DNA of 64,000 nt, from positions 4,588,001-4,652,000 of the forward strand of contig OZ234493.1 in the NCBI GenBank assembly GCA_965153455.1, given 5' to 3'. This DNA comes from Sphagnum compactum. Lineage: Eukaryota. Positions 30,582-44,790 of the stretch are shown piece by piece. The stretch's first letter is position 1, and each line of letters begins with the position of its first letter. The position numbers and the translations under genes were made by a program. The notes beneath the pieces were generated by a model. That model was given only the letters and a program-made list of their open reading frames with translations, was not told the origin of the DNA and did not search any database.

Positions 30582-33500
30582 TAACTAGCCAGAAGGGGGA
30601 GGCTACATAATCTTCTATTTGGGGAATGTTCATAATGTGAGTGTTTCTTTTTATGATGGGTCAATTAAACCCCCCTCCCCCCCCCCCAAATTATGCATGT
30701 CAAACACACCCCCCACAACTACTTAACACACAAGTAAGAATAGAGCAAGCTCTTGGTTGTAGACAACTGATTGAAAATGCACTACTGGGAATGGATATTT
30801 AGACACTAGCTAGAGAGCTTGGCACATCCCAAATAATGTAGCATAATAATATTAGAAGGTCAGCAGAGATAGATTTAAAATTAGTGTGAGAAACTACAAA
30901 TTCTACTATCTTTGGTTGTATATATATATATATAGAATTTAATTAATTATTATTTTTATTTGTGATGATTTTAGTAGTTGATCATGTGAAGTTAAACCAA
31001 ACTATTTTAGGAAGTTGGTCACTAGAAGATTAGCTCAAATTCATTTGTATTGTTTTATAAAATTGATGGCTATTGAAAGTTGCAAGTTCGTGCTTTCTTG
31101 GGTGAACCAACACCCACATTGGTACCACGGTAAAATTCACAAAATTCATTTAAATTGTTTCTAAATATTATTACAAATTATTTACCATGCTTAGACTAAA
31201 ATTAGGGTCCCTGAGTGAGTTCAAATCTAATTTTCTTGGGCTTAATATGGCTACCACGAGACCTCACTCAACAAGCTGAAGGTACCAACTACCAACCTGG
31301 GTGCTTGTTCACCTTGGCCACCAATTCACTACTACCTAATGTGACCTTGTACCAGTTACACTTAATTTCAAACTACCATGTATATCCCTTTTAAAACATT
31401 TTCAAGGCACATATGTTGGATGAAATAACTAAAGAAAAGGAAATTAAATCTTCATTTTAAGTCATTGTTTTGGCCTCTTTTCCGGTGTGAAATTTTTGAA
31501 AATTTCTATCACAAGTTCAATGATTTTTTGAAGGGAGAAAAATTGCCAAAATTTGAAAGGAATTCAAATAATCTACAAAAATTGCCAGACTTTTATACAT
31601 GGTTCAAGTTGGTAGCCAAAAAGATATACAATGATGGTTAATTTTTTTTCCTTCCATCTTTTGTTAATGGCCAAAGTTGGCTAAATTGACTTATGGATGA
31701 TCATCACCCCATGTACATCGCAAAATTTAATAAGAATAATAATAATAATAATAACTCACTAGAAACACATGGCAGCAGTTTTTTTTGTTTCTACTGCGAT
31801 GTAACTAAAGTGGCAATTGTACATAAGATGATTTAGCCAATTTTGGCTATACAAATATGAAGTACAAATATAAACATCCTATTATTATTTTTGCTATCTA
31901 GTGGAACTAATCTAGAATCTGGATTTTAAAAATTAATCTTTTGAAAAATTTGGCCACTAAAATCAAGAAAAACTTTTGTTTTGTCATGTTGAAAAATATC
32001 CATCTAGTGAAAATTCACCCAAAAAAAAACATTGCATGATTGTATTGGCGACATTGTTAGATTACACATTCAATTGGGTCTACAACACCTTAACCCTAAA
32101 AGGAGCTTGGACCTTATGATGAGAAATAGGTGATCTCAAGCACACCTATAAAAAGTATTATTTTCAATCAAAGAAGCCGATGGAGCGAGAAGTTCTAATG
32201 GGATTTAAGGGCACTTTAGATGAGGGTCCAAAGGGGAAGGTCCCACAAAATGGAGAAATCCTATTGGTTGAAAGCCATAAATTGGACCCAAGGCCTTTAG
32301 ATGGGGATCTGAAACCAATTCAAGCCAATTTGAGGTGGCATTTACATAGTGTCATTTTGGAAGGAAATTCAATTGGTTCAAACCAAAAAATGAAGCTAAA
32401 AGGAAAATTCATGGTTTGGGAATCAAGATGTTAACTAGAGTCGAAGGTAGTTTTTTTTTTTTTGGGTTGTTTTTTAAGCATGAATGAGTTTATAGATTCA
32501 CATCAGGTTGTTGCTCAAAGGAGCGCATTTTCAGTCCTTGCAAATGCACAAAATAAAAATGTTTTAATTAAGAAGATAAAGTTTTGGTCATGGAAGGTTG
32601 AAACATCCATTTTCACAAGTTGAAGGAGAAATGAGTTTGAATTTGCAAAAAATACGAAAAAAACAAATTAAATTCTAGTTTACTTGAAACTTTCGTCGTG
32701 CTTGTTTTGATAAAATTTTGAAGAGATTTTTTTTTCAGATTTGAAATTTAAAGAGTGTGATAAATTTTTTGAAATCAAAGTAAGCCAAAAAGAAAAAAAA
32801 TACCAATGACAATGCATTGTTATTATTATTAAAACTAGGACTATTATTATTATTAAAACTAGGACTACAAATATCTTATGCATATGTTCATCCATTGTGT
32901 GTGTATTAAGAAGCAAGAAGAAAAAAGAACCATGCGAGAAATGAAAAATAAAATTAAAAATGTCAACCTAATCGTCCTTAATCCTTCCACATTTTTGTTT
33001 CAAATGGGTCCTTCAGATTTTGGACCTTGGACCAACATCTAAAGTGGCCCTTTGTGTACCCACCATAATTGACCACACTCAACTTAGTAAGCATAATAAC
33101 AAGAACTTTGAGATGCAAGTATTATTTGAGATACTTAAATGTTTGTAATCATGTCCAAACAGCTTTCACACAAAAAAATAGTTCATTAAAACTTTGAATA
33201 ACTATTTAAATAGACCTCTATAACTATTTAATTTGTTTGGTAATGTATCACTACAAACAAAAGACAATTTAATGTTATTTTGAAAATCACACAATGTGGG
33301 TGGTGAACTCACTATGAATGCCCTTGTTTGATGATACTAAAACTCTTTTGGAAGGGAGAAGCTAAATAGCCACCCCTCTTGGGCAATGAGCACTATCCGG
33401 AGTCAAAAAATGTTGACAATCTTTTGCCCTATGTGAAGCTACATGGTTTTGTTGCAAGGTTTGATTGGTTTGACCTTCTTTTTTGGTTAATTTTATGATA

Positions 33501-34579
33501 TGATTGCAATTATTTAGAACTGAAAATTATGTTAATGGTAGGTATTTTCACTCTCTTATGAAGAGTTTGGGTCAAAATCAATATAGAACAATAAAAAAAT
33601 AAAAACACTTTTGTAAAACTAACAAAGCCATGCAATGTGGGTCTATGCAAATGACATAGGCCACAAAAAGACAAGCTTGAAAACGGTTGAATAGAGCTCA
33701 TTGGGGGCTTGGGGGGGTGGGGGGGGGGGGCGTGTATATAACGTCTCCGAAGACCTCAAATTGTGCACACGTGCCTTGATATCAAAATCCCAATTTGGCC
33801 ACATATGGCCTTGATATTATGATCCTCATTTGACAATCCAAGAACCCTTACAACAATTTTTCTAAAATTCATAAATAATTGATAAAATGCCAAAAAAAAG
33901 CCTTCAACTTGGGTTGAGTTTTAAAGTGTCTTGTATATATAATTTTTAAAATGAATGTAGGAAAATATTTTATTTTATTTTATCAAAATGCTTATTCTAA
34001 CAATTTTAGGTGCTTTATAAACATTATCACTTAGTTGTAGATGAACCCCACCTAAGTTGATGTTCTTGGTAGCATGTGTTTTTCATGTAGGTGTGTAGGT
34101 AAGAGCATAATGATGGATACTATGTAAGTAAATATCCGTGTAGATGGTTATTATGTAAGTAAAGGCTATTTCGTTTGTAGATAGGTCATAAAGTAAAGTA
34201 AGTCTTAAATTAAGGTAAGTAGGTTGCAAAGTAATGCAAACAACACAAAAGTTGTTTGTAGTGGCTTCAGAACATCTAACCAAGGTTAAGGCATGATCAA
34301 GGAATGTGATAAGAGAGTGTCAAACACATTTTCACAAACGTGTACATAGAATGAACTTTCTCAAAAGCTCACAAATGATTTCTCACTTTCATGAATCTAA
34401 TGGTGTTTTGAATCTTTTGGACAAGGTTTGAAAGAAATCCAATTTGGTTTTTTCTTTAAATGTTGGAAATATTTTGAAGAATAAATATTGAAAGTGGGTT
34501 TGCATTTTCCATTCCACTATAATAAATCATGACTTTTTTTTATTGAGAAATTTGATAAAAAAGACCCATGTTCCCTTGT

Positions 34580-36139
34580 GTCCAACTTGACCAAAGTGCC
34601 ATTTTGGCCAAGTCAAATTGGACCTATCTATTTTTATTGGCATAATTTTGACAAGGGGTCCTAGGACGTTTTGATTAGTTAGAATGACTAATTATCAATT
34701 TGACCACTAATAAATTATGCCATCATTATCTATGGTTTAATTTAGACTATGTGTTATCATTATGTTACATCTTGGAAGGTGATGTGACATCGTACATGTC
34801 ATGAAAAGGTAGGCTCGTAAGTAACTACCTACATTCTACCTAAGACTAGGACTGTATGTGTATAATATGCCTCACCATATACAAATTTTGTATATGTGAT
34901 TTGCCAAGTTTGAACCCCATATTTCATAAAGGCACACCAATGCCTTTGCCACCAACTTACACAATGTTTTATTGATATAAAATGTGCAACATTTTGTTTA
35001 TATCTTTTAAATGGTGAAATTTTTAAGAATTCTAAATTGATACACCTTTAATTGTAATGTCAAAGTGTATTCAAAGATCTATTCAATAAAATCAATACAT
35101 TTTTTAAATGTTCAAATGAGTTGTTAAAAAATATTTTTGAAAAACACAAATCATTAATAGATTGACATGTGAACTTTTGATTCTTCCAATTCTAACTGCA
35201 TTTCATTGTGTGATTAAACAATACAATGTAGGTAGGTAGGTAGAATAAAGTAAGTTATGTAGGTAGGTAGGTTGTTATAGTAGGTATGTAGGTAGATAGA
35301 GTAGGAGGGTAGAATATGTAGAAATAAGTAGGTAAATAAATAGATAATAATAATCATTAACTAATCATGTGTGATAGTTAGGTAGGTAAGGGTAGGTAGG
35401 TGAATTAGGGTAAGTAATTTAAGTAGGGTAGGGTAATAATAAATAGGAAGGCTAGCCTACTAAATAGGCCTAGGTTATCTACCTAGCATAGGCTAAGCTA
35501 GGTTATGCTTGTAGCTAGTGAATTGCCACTAGTAGGGAATGTTATTAATTCCTAACATACTTACTTACCAACCTACCACACATGAATTCATGACACACCT
35601 ACCTACCCATCTACCAAACATGAATTAATAACAACTTATATAGTGGCAATTCATTACAAACATAACCTTACTTAGCCCATGCTAAGTAGGTAGCCTAGGC
35701 TTAGTTAATAGGTTAGCCTACTAGTTATAATAGGTTATATAGATAATGTAGGCCTAGTTAATATGCTAGATAACTATGCTAGGTTAGGTAGGTAGTAGGC
35801 ATGAAAGGTTTATTAGTAAACTATTAATTATGTTAAGTAGGTAACCTAGGATTAATTAATAAGCTAGTTAGGTATGTCAGGTACATAGATAGCTTTGGCT
35901 TATGCTTGCCTAGTTAATGTCAAACAAATATATGTTCAATTTGACTAAACCATGGTCATCCTGATAAACCTTTTTCTTTTGTTTGCCCCTTCTGACTAGA
36001 TGTTCAATTAACATGTAATAAAAAATGTCACTTTAGTAAAATGCACTAGTAAAAAATAACACATGTCTTTCATGGCCCAACCTTTTAATCAAGATGAACA
36101 TCACTTCTAATCAAAGTGAACAATTTGGTCAAGTTGGAC
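34580..36139. mobile_element. ~1.56-kb non-autonomous TIR element with internal TAGG-rich foldback
   Basis: gtccaacttgaccaaagtg (34580-34598) vs reverse complement of caatttggtcaagttggac (36121-36139): 18/19. Internal imperfect inverted arms at ~35450-35551 and ~35622-35719. TSD not confirmed. Confidence 0.5.
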
Positions 36140-37449
36140 CTTCTAAAAATTCACAATTTCTTGTATTGTTTGAAAATTTAAAACACAAATTAACTAGCCA
36201 AAAGAAAGGTCAAGAGTTAAATGACAATTTGATTCTAGACTATTAAAACCTTAAAAAAGGGGCAAATGACCTTTGAATGGATTTGCAATATTACATTGGA
36301 AATTGTTCTTTCAGAATTATAATTTTGCCTTTGAATTTTTTTTGAAAATTGAAATTGTGTAAAGAAGTTATGAACTTGCAAAATATCATGACTCATAACT
36401 TGACAATTTCAAGATTCCCACTTGGAGTAAGCCTTCTAGTTATAAGTTGTAGTAGCTTATTTGCCTAATCAATAATTGTGGGTTAGGTTGCAAAAGGCCA
36501 TGAATATGATAAAGAATCAAGGTTGCTAGTTGTTACCTACCTTTTAAGATATTTTTTAAGTTACTAACCTACTTACCATGGAAGATCAAAAATCAACCAT
36601 TCCCTTCAAAAATGTGGCCAAGATTGAATTTAGAAACATCACTTTGAAATGAAGGTTGTTACCTACTTTTTAAATCTATTTAAAGTTGTGAACATAGCTA
36701 CTAGGGATTGAAGGTCAAAATCAATGTTGGGAAGGTATTTGTATGGGTGTGTGAAAATTAGAAGTAATTCTAATTTCAATTATTGGAAATGGATTAGAAC
36801 TTACCTTCCCTGTGTAAATTTGTGTTCTCTCACTCTATCATTTTTGCTTGAGCTCTCTTCATGCCCATTTCTCTATTCTTTCTATTTTTGCACGATTACA
36901 TCCAAGTGTCTTCAATGCATGGTTGTGTTTACTTTCTATTTTATTGTTTTTGCCAATCAAGTGTGTGTCATTCGTTGTTTTCAACTTCCACATGGTTATC
37001 TTTTGTGCCATATAAATAAACATTACATGTGTCTTCTAACTATCTTACTTTTGCTTAAACTTTTTTCAAACCCATTACTTTATTCTTGCTAAGTTTTGCA
37101 CACTTGTGTACATGTGTCTTCAATGTGCATGATTATGTTCACTTTATGTTTCCTTGTTTTGTCATATGAGTCAATTGATGCATTATGTAATAACATATGC
37201 ATGTAGCTAAAAGATTATTGTCCTTATGGCATCAAGAAGTTCCTTCACCCTATAGTACTTCATTTACTTAATGATTAGGATGCCACTAAGTTGTTGTTTT
37301 AGATTAATGTTACAATCGGATCACAAGATGCATCTAATCTTCATGTAAATGTAACTTGCCCATGTTTTTTAGTCCACATCTCTTTGTTGATCAAAATATG
37401 TGGTGACCTTTTCACCAAGTGGTATATGGGGTATTACATGTTTTCAATT

Positions 37450-39300
37450 ATGTTATTACAATCAAATCTATAAATCCATAGGTGATGCAAATTGTGTTGG
37501 GCATCACCTTTCTATAATGGAGAATGATGAACTAGGATTCTTGCCCAAGGGAAGAACCATGGTGTGGTGAGTTACAACAAAAAATATGGTATAGGTTCAT
37601 TGAAAAAACACATATCTAATGAACCTATAGAGGAGTATAGGAGGTAGGATTGATTATGGCAAAAGGTGACAAAAGTTGGAGATCAAAGACAAATGGAAAA
37701 AATAAAGAAAGTTACATCCTTCTTTTTCAAACCACAAAGTAGACTTTGCACAACATCTTTTTTTGGAAGATCTCATGTTGTGCATTGTAAAAGGATATCA
37801 TCCTTAATTTGTTGTTTATTGAGAATTTGTGGTAGAAGTTTCTAATTCTACAACAATGTGAGCATATTGTGTTTCCATCTCAACACTAACTAACAAAGGA
37901 AGTGGTGCTAGATGTTGTCATGAAAATCAACTAGAAATGTGTTCATCATACTTTTCTTGTTTCATGTGTTACATGGACAACGTTTTTTGATCTTTGGATG
38001 TCTTTTGTTGAATACAACACATTTGTTCTTTAGTTGTCAATTTCATTAGCTTGTGGGTGTTTTGTCATGTGATTATGAGTATATTTGAGGTTCATGATAT
38101 AATAAATGGAACCATAACAAACCAAATAAAGGTTTTGTTAAATTCTTTTCATTTACTTGAAAAAATTATTCCCTATGTGAAAGATGAAGGATCTAATTTA
38201 AATACCAATGCGTTGACTACTGTAGTATCTTGTGTTCCCTTTCAATTATCATGCCCATTTCTAGGGTCATGTTTTGGCCTAGGCCATGCAAAAGGTAACA
38301 TGATATGCTATTGATGTTAAAATTTGTATTGAATTTTTAAAATTGAGCTCGAAAGGTGCTCTTGCATCATTGCAAAACATTATCCTTTGGAACTTAGGTT
38401 GTCGCTTGATCCATTACAAATACATTCTCCCTATTGTCAAACTTTTGTTTTCAACCAATATCAAGGTTATTGGTTGTTACAACATGCAATTTTTTTCTTT
38501 TTGTGCATTGCCATGAAAGTTCATGTGGCTAGGGTTGAAAACCTAAATTGACCATGGGTTTTTTGTGACTTTGATTCAAAATTAAACAAATTTAAATTGA
38601 AGATGATGTCATACTGTGTCGACATCTTGACATCATTCTAAGCATTTTTTGCAACTTATAATCAAGTCAAGGCACATTTCATATTGGTGATCATGCTCAA
38701 CCTTCAATTCAAGAACATGGAAATTGTATGAAACTGTTGTGGGTAATATTAAACTTGTTCAAATTGTGACAAAATATGATACTAAAATTGTGTGCCCTCT
38801 TTTGGTACAAGTGTACTTCCATTTGAATCCTATTAAGGCAAAAATGGAGCTAATAGCAAAAGAAGATGATTATTCTTTGGATAAATTGTATCAACCAATT
38901 ATGATGTAATCATGTCAATATTGAAAAATGAAAAAAATTGTTTTGGTGGTTATCTATGTGAGCAATTGAAATTAAGAACCCTTCAAAATGTTGAGCCAAA
39001 CATACATAGTGCGATTTCCACATGTTTCCTTGGCTTGTCATGTTTACAAATTGAAATAAAATAAAATTTCAATGTTTCATTTGTTACCACTGATCTTCAA
39101 TAGTCTATGATAGGGGTTGAGAATTTGAATCATTTCATCTTGGTAATTAAAATTTGGTATAACAATGTTTGCATTGGGTTTGATGGAGTTGTGAAGCCTA
39201 AATGTATAAATGATTTTTTAATGTGTTAGACAAACATAATTAAGGATAACAAGAAGAGATTCAAAATACATGGCTTTTCAAAGATGAATATGTTCATTCA
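37450..39300 (+). mobile_element. Second degenerate hAT-like transposase remnant (different family)
   Basis: Fragments YNKKYGIGSLKKH (BED-finger-like end), FDLWMS, IIPYVKDEGSNLNT (DDE-region motif), IVTKYD..IVCPLL and a decayed ...RFPHVS.. C-terminal region. Heavily interrupted. Confidence 0.65.
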
Positions 39301-42300
39301 CTTGATTTTTAACTAATTTTTATTTTGTTTCTATTTTTAAAAATCCCAAATTGCTTTATTTTCCAACATGCATTTTGTTTTGAATTTAGTGTATAGAGGT
39401 TACATCCATGTACCTTACCTATGTTATTTTCTTGAATTATTTTCTATGTTGGCTATTTTGGTTTTGGAATTAACAGGTGGGCGAAATGGATCTCCTATGT
39501 GCTATGAATGAGACTAAGAAAAAAATTGATAAACAAGAAATTAGGAACATGCTCAGTGTATTTATTGCGAGCCTTCCCCTAACTCACTTTTGTGCCAATA
39601 TTCCAACATGATGGAATGACCATGGAATGGACGTGTTCTTGAAAAACCTTGAATATGGTCTTTAGGTATAATTGGGTGGTCAATTATGTTTAACGTGTTA
39701 AATGTGAAGTTTGTTGTCTTACTTATGATATGTCATGTGCAAGATTTGACATGACATTTGTTAGTTTTGATTATGTAATGTTGATCAATTGAGGCTAGTT
39801 TGATGTTGGGCAATCTTTTTGTATTGGATTTGAAGTCAATTTTGTCCTCTTATGCTTTATGGGCTCCTAGATGTGAGGTGAACTTTGCAACTTATGAAAT
39901 TGTGGTGTGGATCATTTGAGGTCAACTTTGTTGTGTGGTGATTTTTTTTGTGTTGGATTTTAGGTTAGTTGTGTTTTCTTGTGCTTTTGCTACTAGATGT
40001 AACATGAATTTTATAGCTTGCGAGATTGTCATGTGAATCATTTGAGGATATTTCTATGTGTGGTGATCTTTTATGTGTAAGCTAACATATTTAGTCATGC
40101 ACATTATCAAAACAACGGTTCATGCAAAGCATAGCTAAAGTGGGTTCAGTTTTAGTAACATTCGTAAAGAGTGTTACAATGTGTAAAAATTGATCACATT
40201 TTTTTATTTTTAATTTTTTTTTCTTGTGATACCCAATGGGTACTTGCTAGATACCCATTAGGTATCACGTGTAAAAAAGTAAAAAATGATGTGGGGCATT
40301 TTGGAAAATGAAATGTTTGTACATGCAAGCATGTCATTTTCCAAAATGCCATGAGGATTCTTCGGTTCTATAATTATGCGTCCATATATATTACTAATAT
40401 AGGTAGAGGTTTTTACTTTTTACATGTTGGATTTGAGGTTTGTTGTGTTATGTAATGTTTTTGTGGGCTATTATATGTGTGGGAGTTTTACAACTTGTGA
40501 GATCTTCTCATGCATTACTTTATGATATAGGTTGTTAAATATATTGAGGCGTTTTGGGGAAGTTATACGAAACAAATCTCTCTAAGTTTTTTAGCAATGT
40601 TTTGTGCCCAAAAACCCATTCTAAGGAAATATGTTGCAAATGTGATTGTGTTTCAATTACAACATTGAAAATTTTGGTGATTTCCAAGGGTGATCATTGT
40701 TATTTAGCCTTTGAGATTTTAGAAATTGTTGCTTCTCCATGTCTTTGCTTGGTTACAAACATAATTTCATCGCAATGAATGTCAAACAATGTGTGCAAAA
40801 ACACAATTTTGATTTGTTTTGAACTTTACTTGAATTTGTTATTTTCTTTTTGAAGTTATAGAATTTTTTTGTGATGAATAGGAAACTTCAAGCAATGACG
40901 TAACGTTCTTTCATATGAATTGAGTAATATTTAATTTTGTCATTTTAATTGACAACCCTAAACCTGTATTGGATTGCAACTAGTATTGCCTCTGCTTCAA
41001 AAAACTTTAAACAACCATTATATGCAAGAACGACCATACTTGGGCAAAGAAATGTGGATCTTACTTGGGGGTTTTGGCAGATTTCAAATTTTTTTTCAGA
41101 GCCTTACTCAAAGGTTTTAGCAAATTAAAAAATACAAGTTTTTTAAAAATAAAAAAACACACAACACTAGTCAAAAAAATTCCCCTGTCAAAATGTCACC
41201 AAGATTGAATTCATATCATAGTTGAATTTGCTACCTATGTTTTAAATCTTTTATTATTGGTTCAACTTCAAGCTTGTTGATGAACTAAAAGTTATGAATC
41301 AATTAAAAGTTTGGTTTAAGGGTTGTTAATGAACCAAATATCATAAATTAATTTCAACCAAGCTTGAAATTCATCTAAATTTTGGATGAACAAAAAGTGG
41401 ATTATAAACTTGTCATTTTTTAATTTCCTAAATCCTTTCACTTGGTATATAAAACAAGAACAAAATGCAAGTCCAAAGTGCAAAACACAAGATTAGACTT
41501 TAAAATGCAAACTTGAAACTTGGAAGTCTTACTGAAATGAAATTGATCATTAAATATCAAAGAGACATGTTGTGACTTGCACGATGCATTTGCAAAATGT
41601 GCACTATGCATGCATACATTTGAACTAAGATTTAAAGTCTACTAAAAGCACAAAAATCCACGAATTGAAGCTTGTTGAAGTTTGGAGTCTAGACTTGTAG
41701 ATTGACAATGGTAGTCATAGTTCATCTCAACTAGCTGAAGCTCATCGAAGCCTTAAACCCTAAACATTCGTTCCAACATTCAATCGAAAGGCCCGAACAT
41801 GAAAATTAAAAGCACAATTGCACAATAAAATTGTTTTTGGGTAAAATCCAAGGCAAGAGGCACATAGAAGCTAGGAGCGTAATTAATGTTCATTACTAAG
41901 GAGGGGGGATTAACAAGTTGCAAATGTGCAAATGGTTTAACAATGGTGAGGGCCCTACCCATGTTGTTGAATGCTATGGTGATTAGGGTTTAGAGATGCA
42001 TTTATAGGTTTGGACTCTAAAGTTTTAGGCACCTATTGCACAACATTCCAAGTAGTGATGAAAACAAAATCAAAGTTAAGTTAAGACTCATTTTACACCA
42101 ACATAAGGGAAAAGGAGTTTCAAACCCTATTTTTTTATCAATGTACTTTTTGCCTATTGATATTGATCTCACCTTGAACTCATCTCCTTAATGAGAAAAT
42201 TGTTGCACTTCACCCATAGTCCTCTTCCTATTTTGGATATCTTTAATGTGCCCCAAAAATGGTTCGTGGGGGTTGTGGCACCTCTTTTTAGGAATATAAT

Positions 42301-44790
42301 TGGGTTTTAAGAAAATTTTGATAGTTCAGCATAACATCACCCCCTTTGACCTTGATGGGTCCTTTGATCATGTCCTAAAATGAGCTAAAAAAAAATGTTA
42401 GACAATTAAAAGATGACTTGATAGGGATATTAAAGGGAAAAAAAAAAAAAAAAAAACCTTGTTCAGTTACCAAAAATAATAATAAATGGAATTCAATTTG
42501 AGAGAGAGATAACTTGGTCATTGAATCACCACTTTTACTAGGAGTCCAGTCCAATAAGGATACTTGTATATAATCTCTCACTTACCCATTATTTGAACTA
42601 TCATCTCAACTCAAAAGTAGGTGGGATTTTAATGTCAAATGTTGAGACACTGGCCCACTGTTCTACCAGGTCACCCACTATTCTGGTGGGTGGCCCTGGC
42701 CCCCCAACCCCTGCAATCTGGTGATTCCCACCAGACCAACAAATGTCAGTCAGTCACCTTGCCTGAAAGAAAACCAGTTGCAGAAGTGAAAACAAATTCT
42801 GACTTGGTCCTGGTAACATTAACTCTGTTATACACTTGCAACTGCCAGGTGTGGGTTCTTTTCAAAGTGGGTTGAGTTCTAATATATATATATATATAAA
42901 ATTCTATATATAATATAATATAATATATATATAATATTCTTTTTGACACATAGTGAACTGAACATAGATACCTTTTGACAGTGGGTGCATGGAAGACATG
43001 GACACCTATCCTAACCAAACTGTGACATGCACACTATAATTGAGAAAGTTGTCCAAATAAAATAAGATCAGATTGCAGTAGTAGTTGTGAAATTGATGAT
43101 GAAAACCTGCCAATCATCAAAACAAAACAAAGCACCCAAGCAAAAAAGTTGTGGGGGGGGGAAAAGGTACAAGATGGAAGAAGGACCCAAGAAGTCCTGG
43201 CAAAGTAAGTGGTCAGGAAACAGTTTTCTGTTGGGTTTCAAGTTTCCTTAGCTAACCATGGTGGTTAGCTTAGTTTTGCTTTTTTTTGTTTTTTCTTACC
43301 TACCAACTTAACAACCCACAAGCAGGTTGGTAATAGGTAGGTAGTAAAAATCAGCCCTTACCTAGTAGCTACCTACTTTCCTACCTATCTACCTAAATAA
43401 GAGACCTATTTCCTACAGAATTGGTTATCAAGGTGAAGCCGAATATTAACTCAGTAAACATGGATGTGCCCACAACTAATGTATGGAATCCACACTATAC
43501 TAGAATTTAGTACTACTCTTATGCTTGGTAAACTTTTAAATATGTTTATGAAGTGGTCAATTTAAATAAAGACATGGAAAATGGGACACATAAGATGAGA
43601 CATTATTTAAAATCAACCACCCAAGCCAATCGTTATATATGATCACTTGGGACAAGTCATTTTTAGTGTGAAATGCTTTTTACAAGGCCTGGGTGGACCT
43701 CTTCTTAGAGCAAGAGTAGTAATGATGCACCATATTTGAGACAATGTGATTAAGTATCACATTCAAATTTAATATTAAATCTTTGCCCATCCCTCATGGA
43801 TAAACCATAAATATATGACACAATATACATTGACGTAACATATAAATACATCATAAGTGAGAGCCAATATCTATCTCTATGGAATCAATGGTTAGTCAAG
43901 CACTATGGCCAACCAACACCTATAAACAAAACCAATCATTTTCTTTTGCAAGCTCTTTTGACACACTCCAATATCCCACAAAATTTACAAGAGATGAGCC
44001 CATTTTCAAATGTTAAACAACCAGCCTTGCCTTCTTTCTGTGTATATAAAGCTTTTCATTCACCAATCACACTTGTGGAGAGATTATGGGGCTGCTTATA
44101 ATTCCCCCCCTCTTGTTAAAAATTGTCCAAAAATCAACCACTCTCTCTTAACATGCAATTGATCACTCAGGTGTAATAATGGATCCGAGTGTGAATCTTA
44201 TGCTCCAAATACATTCTGAAAAATTCTGGCAGTGCTTTTGGTGAATTCTGCCGAACTCAAAAGCCAAAATCACACTGAAAAACCAAAATTTCCTAATTAT
44301 TAAAATTAAAAAAAAACAGAAATGGTCCGGGATAAAAAAAACACTAATGAGGATGCAAAAATTCACCACATAGCTTTTTTTAGAAAATAAAATAAAATAA
44401 AATAATTTGTGGCAATACTGTGGCCGGTGGCATTGGACAGGGCAGCGGGGGCAAGAGAAAGAAACTGAGAGAGGTTAAAAAGAAATTGTAGAAAAAAAAT
44501 AAAAAATAGTTTACAAATTGTAAACAGCAGAGATGAAAAGATGGGCTTCTATAAAGATGGAACAATTGAAGCGGATTTGTCACAAGGAAAGCAACCACGA
44601 AACACACACACACACACACATCCTCTTGCGAATCCCCGTTTGAGAGTGCGTCTGTTGGCGTTTGTGCGTGTGTTTGTTCTCGTCCTCCTCTTTCTCTTTC
44701 TCTCTATTGGCAGTTGTAGCTGCAGTTGGGAGAGTTTGTTAGTGAGTGCAAGAGCAGCACTTGAAATCTCCTGTCTCAGTTTCTCTCACA

